Assembly: GCA_963980225.1 (NCBI GenBank)
Contig: CAXBYW010000002.1
Span: forward strand, 103,582 to 167,581
Source of the DNA: an uncultured bacterium
GTDB lineage: Bacteria > Patescibacteriota > Microgenomatia > UBA1400 > MFAQ01
DNA: 64,000 bases
Direction of reading: 5' to 3'
The translations under genes and the position numbers were made by a program. Positions 40,213-48,833 of this stretch are shown here, one piece after another. How positions within the stretch are numbered: position 1 is the stretch's first letter; each line of letters begins with the position of its first letter. The notes beneath the pieces were generated by a model that saw nothing but the letters and a program-made list of their open reading frames with translations, had not been told where the DNA came from and made no database searches.

Positions 40213-40468
40213 AATTAGTTTGTAGTGCTTCTATAAGTGAAGGTATGAGGTCGTTTGGTATTGCTACTTGGCATTGTAGAGGAACTGGTATGTCTTTATC
40301 AGCTCTTAATAACTTCAAATCTGCTTTTGTTGGAGGAGGAACGTCCATAAAGCTGATGGTAAAGTCTAATCCAGTGTTGCGTACTTCGATATGATTAGAA
40401 TAAATTCGATTATTAATTCTTTCGCTGTCTGAGATAAAACGAGGACCCTTGGTTTTATTTGTCGCCAT
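40136..40468 (-). CDS. DUF3467-like protein
   Basis: YSNHIEV...DFTISF...P......LIEALQ.N.EKF. Confidence 0.7.
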   Translation of the reverse strand: MATNKTKGPRFISDSERINNRIYSNHIEVRNTGLDFTISFMDVPPPTKADLKLLRADKDIPVPLQCQVAIPNDLIPSLIEALQTNYEKFQKHTTPKPKSKKTVGKTKSKR

Positions 40469-40511
40469 AAGTGTTATTGTACATTAACGATATAACAAAT
40501 TAAAGTTAAGC

Positions 40512-40652
40512 AGTGTTTTATTCTCAACTTGTTAAAGGTTAAGCGATTAAATAGCCTTGGTTTGTGGGTTCAAGAATTGATCTATAAAGGATTGGATAAT
40601 ACGCGGAGAACCTAGAAGACAAAGTGTTCCAATTCAAAACCACTTGGCGCAC
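40512..40652. repeat. Arg-array arm 1 (141 bp)
   Basis: ends GTGTTCCAATTCAAAACCACTTGGCGCAC; encodes VRQVVLNWNTLSSRFSAYYPILYRSILEPTNQGYLIA*. Confidence 0.93.
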
Positions 40653-40689
40653 AATTCTAAAATTTAGCCTCTGGTGATATACTTGAATT

Positions 40690-41478
40690 ATGGATTTCAA
40701 AGAGATACATTTCCCCGGAGTACTACCAAAAATAAGGTTTCCCACAGATATCTTACTTGCTCTTCCTGAAAACTCTTTACTCCCCTTAGAACAACAACAC
40801 TTCTTGTTATACATTCCTTGGAAAGATGAATACCTATCTTTAGTTCCAGAAGAGTTTCAAGATTTTTACAAACAGATACTCCCCTATTTACGGGTTCGTA
40901 CCACGGACGTACACACTGCCATCTCATCAAGCTATCTAGATCTCCTTCTTAATAGAATTAACAAACCTATTAATCGTAGAGTAGTCGCCCTCTCTCTGTT
41001 TCTACATGACGTAGGTTGGAGTAAGTTAACTGAAAAGGAAATTGCTAATAGCCTAGGAATAAAAGGTCTAAGGTTAACTAATGCTGCCTTGAGTCCTAAA
41101 GAGAAACATGCTGTTGAGGGTGAAAAAATAGCTCGAGAGATCCTCACGTCCTATCAATTTGACCCACCACTTACCACTGAAAAAATCGACTTAATCTGCA
41201 AGGCAGTTTTATATCACGATAAGCCAGAAGCAGTGGCTGGCTCCAAAGAATCAGTGCCACTAGAAATACAGGTTTTAATTGATCTAGATCACCTCTGGTC
41301 TTTTACTCACGAGAACTTTTGGCAAGACTCTGTTAGAAAAGGTGTAGCTCCAATAGAATATCTTCAAAATCTTACCGACGACCTTGACTCTTACTTTGTA
41401 ACTACAGAAGGCAAAATCTTAGCCAGAGAACTACTTACAAAAAGAGCGGTGGAAGTTAAATCTTGGGAGGGGAAATAG
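40690..41478 (+). CDS. HD-domain protein (cassette)
   Basis: DVHT, LHDVGWS, H..EG, HD, DLDHLW. Confidence 0.85.
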   Translation: MDFKEIHFPGVLPKIRFPTDILLALPENSLLPLEQQHFLLYIPWKDEYLSLVPEEFQDFYKQILPYLRVRTTDVHTAISSSYLDLLLNRINKPINRRVVALSLFLHDVGWSKLTEKEIANSLGIKGLRLTNAALSPKEKHAVEGEKIAREILTSYQFDPPLTTEKIDLICKAVLYHDKPEAVAGSKESVPLEIQVLIDLDHLWSFTHENFWQDSVRKGVAPIEYLQNLTDDLDSYFVTTEGKILARELLTKRAVEVKSWEGK

Positions 41479-41516
41479 TTTCCAATATAGTTTCATAACC
41501 CTGCGTATATTTATAT

Positions 41517-41657
41517 AGAGTTTAATACTCTATATGTTAAAGATTAAGCGAATGAATAGCCTTGATTTTCAGATCCAGGAATAGATTTATAAAGAACAGG
41601 GTAATACTTTGAGAACCTAGAAGACAAAGTGTTCCAGCTCAAAACCACTTGGCGCAC
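41517..41657. repeat. Arg-array arm 2 (141 bp)
   Basis: encodes VRQVVLSWNTLSSRFSKYYPVLYKSIPGSENQGYSFA*. Confidence 0.93.
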
Positions 41658-41684
41658 AAAAATAAAATGGGTTGGTATGACGGC

Positions 41685-42473
41685 TTATTTTCTTACTACT
41701 TCTTTTTTAAGAATATTATAAAACTTGTCTTTTGCCATTCGTTCAACCCATGGTTTATGTCCACATTTTTTTAATAAAATAAAACGAAACTTCTTGAGAG
41801 CAGATGTAAGAGGGATTTTAACTCCACTAAATGGATGGGGATCATAATCACCATGAATAGCGACTACTGAACATTGGATTTGTTTAGCTAGACTTAATAG
41901 CTCCCCACTGCTTCTAAATTTGTCTGCTGCTGGCCATACACCCTGAAAAGCATCGAACTGAACCTGAAGCATCTCGTCCTCATAAGGTAAAGGGTCATAT
42001 GAATCAGCTTTGGAAATTAGCTTTCCAAACTGAGACATTATGGCGTTCTTGTTTTTGATTGTTGAATCGTTGAGAGATTTAATTAGACTTTGAACTTCCG
42101 ATTTTTCTTGATCATCAAGGCGATCCAATCTGGTTTTCATGATATTCTCGGCATATTCTTTTTCAAATGGACCACTACCAACAAGTATGAGTTTCTTTAC
42201 GAGAGAAGGATGTTTGGCGGTGAAAATAAAACTAAGCCATGCTCCCCAAGAATAACCAATTAACACAACAGGAAGATTCCCGTTTTTCTTTAAAACATCA
42301 TATAGTTCTTGAACCTGACCTTCAAGAGAAGTTGCTGTCTGGAGCGGTTCTAAAACACCCCAACTAGAGGAAAGTTCCCTAGCTACTGGAGCCACTTCTC
42401 CAGGTGCACCTGGCCCTCCGTGAATCACAGCTATAGAAAAAGGCTCCTCACCATATTTTCTTAAGTTCTTCAT
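41685..42473 (-). CDS. alpha/beta hydrolase (cassette)
   Basis: HGGPG, GYSWG nucleophile, HGDYD, CGH.PW.E. Confidence 0.92.
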   Translation of the reverse strand: MKNLRKYGEEPFSIAVIHGGPGAPGEVAPVARELSSSWGVLEPLQTATSLEGQVQELYDVLKKNGNLPVVLIGYSWGAWLSFIFTAKHPSLVKKLILVGSGPFEKEYAENIMKTRLDRLDDQEKSEVQSLIKSLNDSTIKNKNAIMSQFGKLISKADSYDPLPYEDEMLQVQFDAFQGVWPAADKFRSSGELLSLAKQIQCSVVAIHGDYDPHPFSGVKIPLTSALKKFRFILLKKCGHKPWVERMAKDKFYNILKKEVVRK

Positions 42474-42487
42474 GTCTGTAATTGTAT

Positions 42488-42628
42488 AGTGTTTTATCCC
42501 CCACCTGTTAGAGATTAAATAGTTAGATAGCCTTGATTTACAGGCTCAGGGATTGACTTGTAAAGGACAGGATAATACTGGGAGAACCTATTTGCCAGGG
42601 TGTTCCAGTTCAAAACCACTTGGTGCAC
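42488..42628. repeat. Arg-array arm 3 (141 bp)
   Basis: core GGTGCAC; encodes VHQVVLNWNTLANRFSQYYPVLYKSIPEPVNQGYLTI*. Confidence 0.93.
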
Positions 42629-42633
42629 AAAGA

Positions 42634-43179
42634 CTAAATAGACCGATCTAGGGGTATTTTAATGCTCTTAATTATTGGCCAAAATACTCTTTGAACTGTG
42701 GATTTGGTTAGTTTTGATAGTTCTGTAAATCCGACATCGAAAGAGTCGATTTGGTTACCCTCTTTGACGACCTTACCCCCCTCCTTGCTTACCTCGTAGA
42801 ATATTAGTATGCCGTGGGCATCCTCGCCCTTGTGAGTAAAGAAGTCTTCGGTAATTGATATAAGTTTGCCTGGTTTGACTATTAGCCCTGTTTCTTCTTT
42901 AAATTCTCTTACCAAGGCATCTGATATTTTTTCACCTATCTCGACTGCACCACCTGGCAAGGCAAGAGTGTCTGTATTGGGATGTTTTTGGGTTAATAGC
43001 AAACCATTTTGGCGAAGAATACCGTAAGTACTAATTCTAAAGCGGAAGTTTTTAAGATTTCTTTGATGTTTGTTCCCAAATAAATCAAAGGCGGTTATTA
43101 GTTTCTTTTGAGGAGGATTGAATAATGGTTCTGGTTTCTGCATTAACATCTTAGTTATTATATATCTTTGCGAAAACAT
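42634..43179 (-). CDS. NUDIX hydrolase (cassette)
   Basis: PGGAVEIGEKISDALVREFKEETGL Nudix box. Confidence 0.93.
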   Translation of the reverse strand: MFSQRYIITKMLMQKPEPLFNPPQKKLITAFDLFGNKHQRNLKNFRFRISTYGILRQNGLLLTQKHPNTDTLALPGGAVEIGEKISDALVREFKEETGLIVKPGKLISITEDFFTHKGEDAHGILIFYEVSKEGGKVVKEGNQIDSFDVGFTELSKLTKSTVQRVFWPIIKSIKIPLDRSI

Positions 43180-43191
43180 CTATTGATTACT

Positions 43192-43332
43192 AGTGTTTTA
43201 CTCTCTACTTGTTAAAGATTAGATACTTAGATAGCCTTGGTAGTTAGGGTCAGGAATTGATCTGTAAAGGACAGGATAATACTTGGAGAACCTAGACGAC
43301 AAGGTGTTCCAGTTCAAAACCACTTGGCGCAC
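43192..43332. repeat. Arg-array arm 4 (141 bp)
   Basis: encodes VRQVVLNWNTLSSRFSKYYPVLYRSIPDPNYQGYLSI*. Confidence 0.93.
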
Positions 43333-43345
43333 ATGGATAAAATAG

Positions 43346-43828
43346 TTAGAGTTTAATGGGATTGTTTTTGAAATATTTTTTTAAGCCATTGGAAAAGGGC
43401 TTCCTCTCCTCTTTCGTAGCTACCCAGCTTTTAGACATGTTTTCATGAAGACCATCATTGCTAAACCTTGGAAAGATGTGAAAGTGATAATGAAAGGCGT
43501 GTTGCCCACCAGCCGGCTCGTTGTTTTGTAGTGTGGTGATACCATCGCACTTTCTAGTTTCCTTTATGGCTAGAGCTATTTGCTGAGCTACATCAGAGAT
43601 TCGATGGGAGACTTCATTTGGAATATCGTAGATGTTTTCGTAATGTTCCAGTGGGACGATAATGATGTGGCCTGGGTTGTTACCGACAAATTTAGAGTTG
43701 ACCATAGCAAATACAAGATCGTCTTTGTAAAAAATATCTTCTTGATTAGCCATAGTATCTTTACTCTCGATACCTGTGGCTGTCAAACATAAGGGGCATT
43801 TATAGTCCTTTGGTGCGTGATTAAACAT
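43346..43828 (-). CDS. HIT-family hydrolase
   Basis: CPLC, PGH, GQ..FHYHFHIFPR. Confidence 0.93.
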   Translation of the reverse strand: MFNHAPKDYKCPLCLTATGIESKDTMANQEDIFYKDDLVFAMVNSKFVGNNPGHIIIVPLEHYENIYDIPNEVSHRISDVAQQIALAIKETRKCDGITTLQNNEPAGGQHAFHYHFHIFPRFSNDGLHENMSKSWVATKEERKPFSNGLKKYFKNNPIKL

Positions 43829-43840
43829 ATTGACTCTATT

Positions 43841-44557
43841 TTACTTTTTAACTTGAATAGTTAGAGAGTACTCTTTAATTTCTCTTGGTTTCAAAATTTC
43901 TCCGCTGCCGACATCGCCCCAAAATGGTTCAACGCAAATATATTTATTAATATCATCAGACCAAATTACCCACTGATGAGGAGGTGTATTGGTATTAAGT
44001 GTTATCTCCATATCATTAACTGTAAAAATAACCTCATTAATATTTGTCTTGTTTTTTAGTGCTATAGATTTTTTATTTTCAAAACCTTTAAGCATATCCT
44101 CGAAAAGTTCATCTTTAAATGTAACTTTTTCTCCGTTGGTTGCAAAATAAGGATGAAAACCATGAGCAACTTCTCTGGGTTTGTCTTCGAGGTTTTCTGC
44201 TTTTAAACTTATCTTTAGTCCATTATCTAATAATGAGTGTGAAACCTGAACTCTTCCAGCGAAAAGAAATTTTTTGGTGGAAGTAATCCGTTCATATTTG
44301 ACGCTGTTTGTATCTCTATTTATCTCTTTCCAGTCAGCAATTCTATGTGTTCCGTGCTGTGGTAGTTTTGGATAAAGATTTTTCCATCCTTTTAAGGCAG
44401 CCCCCACAATTGGACCGAGTATTGGTACACCACCTCTTTTGTTACCATCAAATGGATAAATAACATTGTTACCATTAATCGTCAACTCATGAACCAAGGC
44501 TCCTCTCGAGTTTACTTCAAGATGACTATTGTTATTTTCAATTCTTTCGTTGGACAT
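43841..44557 (-). CDS. aldose 1-epimerase family protein
   Basis: RGGVPILGP, QHG..R, GFHPYF, YICVEP. Confidence 0.85.
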   Translation of the reverse strand: MSNERIENNNSHLEVNSRGALVHELTINGNNVIYPFDGNKRGGVPILGPIVGAALKGWKNLYPKLPQHGTHRIADWKEINRDTNSVKYERITSTKKFLFAGRVQVSHSLLDNGLKISLKAENLEDKPREVAHGFHPYFATNGEKVTFKDELFEDMLKGFENKKSIALKNKTNINEVIFTVNDMEITLNTNTPPHQWVIWSDDINKYICVEPFWGDVGSGEILKPREIKEYSLTIQVKK

Positions 44558-44596
44558 GTAACGTATTTTATCATCTAATAAATACCCACTTCTTAC

Positions 44597-46411
44597 TTAA
44601 GAACGACGATCACGTCTTCTCTCGACGTCGGTTAAAAGCTTCTTTCTTAGTCTTAAAGATTGGGGAGTGATTTCTAAAAGCTCATCTGACTCTATGAAGT
44701 CTATGGATTGTTCTAAGCTTAAGACAATTGGAGGGGCTAGTTGGATGATTCCATCCGATGACTTGGAACGCATGTTGGTTAGTTGCTTTCCTTTACAAGC
44801 GTTTACTTCTAAGTCTTCACCTTTGGCGTTTTGACCGATGATCTGACCTTCATAGACTTTAGTGCCTGGAGCAACAAATGTGTTTCCTCTTCCTTGGGCA
44901 CTACGAAGTCCGTAGGCCAATATACTACCAGCTGTTGAAGAGATTAAGGCTCCAGACCTTAACTTAGATAAAGGCTTACCTAGTGGTCTGTACTCTAAGA
45001 CGTGGGAGCTAAACATGATGGTTCCTTTGGTTAAGGTTAAAAGCAAACTTCTTAAACCAATGATGTTTCTAGTTGGTAGATGGTAGATGAACTCTGTTTC
45101 TGCGTCTGAGACAGGTTCCATCTTGATTAGCTCAGCAAGTCTCTTGCCTAGGGTCTGGCTAATGGCACCGACGTATTCAGAGGGTGTAATTAAGGAAAGT
45201 TCCTCTATTGGTTCCATCTTCACTCCATTCTCTTCTATGATGATGGCTTGTGGGTTACCCACCTCCATCTCGAAGCCTTCTCTTCGTAGTGTTTCTAGTA
45301 AGACAGCTAGATGAAGCTCTCCCCTACCAGAAAGTTTGAATTTACCACTGGGAAGCTTGTCTACCTTTAGACTTAAGTTTGATTCTAGTTCGTTATTTAG
45401 TCTTTGCTCTAGTTGTCTGCTGGTGCCTAGTTTACCTTCGTTTCCGGCAAACGGTGAGGTGTTGGGACCGATGGTCATGTGTAGGGCGGGTTTGGTGATC
45501 TGGATATCAGGTAATGCTTCGGTTTTAGGGTCGGTGGAGATAGTGGTGCCGATAGGAACCTTGGTGGCTCCAGAGATGTAGACGATGTCCCCTACTTCAA
45601 CCTTATCTACTTCTTTTTTGGTGAGTCCCTCTGAAACCATTAAGTGTTCTAAGGAAAAGGATTTGTTTGGTTGATTAGAGGAAAATAGCTTTTGACCTAC
45701 TTTCAGTTGGCCTTGAAGTAACTTACCGATCATGATCTGCCCAAGATGTGAATTAAACTCGAGAGATGAAACTTGGAATACGGGAGGTAAGGAAGAATCG
45801 CTTTTGGGAGCGGGAATAAAGTTTATGATTTCGTCTAAAAGTGGAGTGATGTTGCCTTTTTTGTCTAGGTCTTCTGGTAATGAGGAAAATACAGTTCCGT
45901 TTCTACCGACTGCAAAAAGGGTTTTAAACTCTAGTTGATCGTTATCACTTGCAAGTTCTAGGAAAAGATCGTCTGTTTTACTTAAGGTTTTTTCGATTCT
46001 AGCTAGCTTTTTGTCGATCTTGTTTACCACAACGATGATTTTTAGGTTTAAAGATAAGGCTTTTTTCAAGACAAATCTAGTTTGAGGCATAGGACCCTCT
46101 TGGGCATCGATGATCAAGAGGGCACCATCGGCCATGCTCAGGGTTCTTTCTACTTCACCGGAGAAGTCTGCGTGCCCAGGGGTGTCGATGATGTTTATCT
46201 TGACGTCTTTGTACTCCACAGAACAAGTTTTGGCAGTAATGGTGATACCTCGCTCTTTTTCTTGATCGTTACTATCTAGTAAGCGTTCCTCGGCCATTTC
46301 TAGCTGATTATCCCTAAAAGCATGAGTTTGCTTTAGTAGAGCGTCTATAAGGGTGGTTTTACCGTGGTCGACGTGGGCGATGACGGCTATATTTCTGATT
46401 TGTTTGGGCAT
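44597..46411 (-). CDS. typA: translational GTPase TypA/BipA
   Basis: AHVDHGKTT, ERGITI, DTPGHADF, GRGELHL, KQLTNMRS. Confidence 0.97.
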   Translation of the reverse strand: MPKQIRNIAVIAHVDHGKTTLIDALLKQTHAFRDNQLEMAEERLLDSNDQEKERGITITAKTCSVEYKDVKINIIDTPGHADFSGEVERTLSMADGALLIIDAQEGPMPQTRFVLKKALSLNLKIIVVVNKIDKKLARIEKTLSKTDDLFLELASDNDQLEFKTLFAVGRNGTVFSSLPEDLDKKGNITPLLDEIINFIPAPKSDSSLPPVFQVSSLEFNSHLGQIMIGKLLQGQLKVGQKLFSSNQPNKSFSLEHLMVSEGLTKKEVDKVEVGDIVYISGATKVPIGTTISTDPKTEALPDIQITKPALHMTIGPNTSPFAGNEGKLGTSRQLEQRLNNELESNLSLKVDKLPSGKFKLSGRGELHLAVLLETLRREGFEMEVGNPQAIIIEENGVKMEPIEELSLITPSEYVGAISQTLGKRLAELIKMEPVSDAETEFIYHLPTRNIIGLRSLLLTLTKGTIMFSSHVLEYRPLGKPLSKLRSGALISSTAGSILAYGLRSAQGRGNTFVAPGTKVYEGQIIGQNAKGEDLEVNACKGKQLTNMRSKSSDGIIQLAPPIVLSLEQSIDFIESDELLEITPQSLRLRKKLLTDVERRRDRRS

Positions 46412-46499
46412 ATTTTAAAAAAAATAAAACAACCTGTTTTTCAGGTTGGTATACGGGCATTATACCATGTTTGATTTGGTAGTGTAGACTGAGTAGGTT

Positions 46500-47795
46500 A
46501 TGAAGTTAGATATAAATAAACAGTTTGAAGATGTTTTGGAGGTTTTAGAAAGTACTAACCATCATGTGTTCTTAACGGGTAAAGCAGGAACGGGCAAGTC
46601 TACTCTGCTAGATTTGTTTCGTGAGAAAACCGCTAAGCAAATAGCGGTAGTTGCTCCGACAGGGGTGGCGGCGGTGAATGTAAAGGGTGAGACGATTCAT
46701 TCTTTTTTTGGTTTTAGACCGGGCACCACCTTGGTACAAGCCAAAAGACTGGCTGGTAGGACCAAAAACAAGAAGCTGTATAACTCGCTTGAGACACTGG
46801 TGATTGACGAGATCTCTATGGTCAGGGCAGATCTTTTGGACATGATAAATGTGTTTTTGCAGGCGGTGCGGGGAGATAATAGTGTGTTTGGTGGAGTACA
46901 GGTGGTGATGGTGGGAGACATGCACCAGTTGCCCCCGGTGGTTACTAGAGAGGATGCAGAGAGTTTGGACATGATGTATGACACACCCTATTTCTTCTCG
47001 TCTGAAGCAGTATCTCAGATCGGTCAGGATTTTTTCCAGCCTCTGAAATTTATGGAATTGGAGAAGATTTATAGACAGGAAGATGAGAAGTTTATCTCTC
47101 TTTTAAATGATGTTCGAGAAAACAATATAGATGAAAAAAAACTGTCTAGCTTGCAAGTCTTGGAGGATGGTTGGGAACACATAAAAGACCATGTAATCTT
47201 AACGGCGGTTAACTATGTAGCTGACAAGATTAACCAACAAAGACTAGCTCAGATAAAAAGTGAACCAAAAACATACATGGCCAGTTTATCTGGTGAGTTT
47301 GATGGTAAGAGACTGCCAACCGATGAAAAACTAATTTTAAAGGAAGGTGCGAGAATTATGATGCTTAATAATGATGACCAAGGTCGATGGATAAACGGGA
47401 CCATGGGAACAGTGAGTAAACTGAAACGGTCTGCAGTAGATGTAGATCTTGATGATGGAGAGACTTATGAAGTTACTCCTTTTACTTGGAGCATGTATAA
47501 GTCGGTTTATGATGAGAAGAAGGGGGTGATAAGAAAGGAAGAGAAAGGATCTTTAACTCAGCTACCGATTAGACTGGCTTGGGCAATTACGGTACATAAA
47601 AGCCAGGGTAAGACTTTTGACAAAGTAATTATTGATCTAAGTCGGGGAATGTTTGCTCACGGCCAGGCCTATGTGGCTTTGTCACGATGCACGACCCTAT
47701 CTGGAGTGAAACTTACTCAGCCAATGGAGAAAAGACATGTGATTATGGATGATAGAGTAGTAAAGTTTGTGGAGAGGATAAGAAAAGAGAAATAG
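46500..47795 (+). CDS. Pif1-family helicase
   Basis: GKAGTGKS, DEISMV, GD..QLPPV, AWAITVHKSQG, GQAYVALSR. Confidence 0.93.
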   Translation: MKLDINKQFEDVLEVLESTNHHVFLTGKAGTGKSTLLDLFREKTAKQIAVVAPTGVAAVNVKGETIHSFFGFRPGTTLVQAKRLAGRTKNKKLYNSLETLVIDEISMVRADLLDMINVFLQAVRGDNSVFGGVQVVMVGDMHQLPPVVTREDAESLDMMYDTPYFFSSEAVSQIGQDFFQPLKFMELEKIYRQEDEKFISLLNDVRENNIDEKKLSSLQVLEDGWEHIKDHVILTAVNYVADKINQQRLAQIKSEPKTYMASLSGEFDGKRLPTDEKLILKEGARIMMLNNDDQGRWINGTMGTVSKLKRSAVDVDLDDGETYEVTPFTWSMYKSVYDEKKGVIRKEEKGSLTQLPIRLAWAITVHKSQGKTFDKVIIDLSRGMFAHGQAYVALSRCTTLSGVKLTQPMEKRHVIMDDRVVKFVERIRKEK

Positions 47796-48503
47796 GATAA
47801 AATATAGGCATAAGCGGGTGTCGTATACCGGTATTACCTCAGCTTTCCAAGCTGATGAAGGGGGTTCGACTCCCCCCACCCGCTCCATATCGGACTGCAT
47901 TTCCAAAAGTGCTCTTTTAGTCCGATCTGTGGGCATATTTTTCGGTTCGAGCCGTTGTTTTTTCTCATTCATACTTTTTTCAATCTTCTTGAGATAGATG
48001 AACGCGTTTTTCGCGTCGATTCGGACAATTCTGTCTTTTAAGATAAGGTTCGAGCCAAGAATGCGTAACACCATACGTTTAGCTTCTGTATCCTCTTTAT
48101 GAAATATTTTTGTTACGTTTGAAGCAAAGGCTAAGATCTCTTCCATTGTTTTTGCCCACCCTCCTAGATTATCGGAAGCAATCTGGTTTTTTGTCTGATG
48201 TTCTTCTCGAAGAAGCCGCTCCTTCTCTTTTTGGTAGTCTTCTTCCGTAACTAAATTTTCAATTTTCATTCCGTATAATTGTTTTTTTTCAACAAGAATG
48301 GCATCTAAGCGTTTCGTAAGCTTTGCTTTCTGGTTCCTCTCAAATTCAAATTCACGCGCATTTCTGCGTTTAAGATTTTTCCTGACCCACTGAATAAAAG
48401 AAGGTTTAATTTCTAGGCTATTAATGAAGACATCTACTTGTTTCTTTAATTCAATAGCATTGAGATATTGTTGACCACAAGGTCCCTTTTTTTTGACACA
48501 GCG
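47697..48503 (-). pseudogene. 5'-truncated large serine recombinase (LSR-Gly) reading into antisense tRNA-Gly
   Basis: frame extends upstream of the tracked ORF to RCVKKKGPCGQQYL (half Zn ribbon); coiled coil; ILGSNL; tail MERVGGVEPP. Confidence 0.85.
47814..47887 (+). tRNA. tRNA-Gly(TCC); island anchor
   Basis: anticodon arm TCAGC-TTTCCAA-GCTGA; ends CCCGCTCCA. Confidence 0.95.
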
Positions 48504-48756
48504 AGCCCTACAAAAGATGATTTTAGAAGAATTAGACCTAGATCAATACGTGGACATTCTTATTGGCCCCGAAATAAAGCAAAACAAAGAAGAAACCCAG
48601 GAAACGCCACCAAATGAGGAGCCGGTAGCCCCTGTAGTGCCTTCTAACGACGCTTTGCCACCTCAACCAGTGAATGCATCACCAGTAGCAAATAAGAACA
48701 AAATTCGAGAGCTAATCGGGAAAATTCCAGGTTTGGGGAAAATGCTCAATGCCTGA
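48493..48756 (+). pseudogene. 3' remnant of a hypothetical gene
   Basis: begins at the recombinase break point; Pro-rich low-complexity tail. Confidence 0.4.
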
Positions 48757-48833
48757 CTTTATTGTTTGATTTATTCTTTCAAGCAAATATAATGAAGTCA
48801 TGAAAGTAGGAAATGTAAGATTTCTGGTATAGC

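Larger units (their letters stand above)
35481..40652. mobile_element. 5.2-kb LSR integrative element at tRNA-Arg
   Basis: bounded by GGCGCAC cores at 35481-35487 and 40646-40652; carries LSR, HTH protein and RelE toxin. Confidence 0.8.

Noticed and set aside
40539-40814. 91-aa minus-strand ORF as a real gene
   Set aside because: Its 5' part is antisense to the HD gene; only the last 37 codons (the arm tail) are conserved in the other repeats.
40512-43332. 141-bp repeats as integron attC sites
   Set aside because: No RYYYAAC...GTTRRRY ends or long internal palindrome seen, and no IntI tyrosine recombinase; variation follows codon structure instead.
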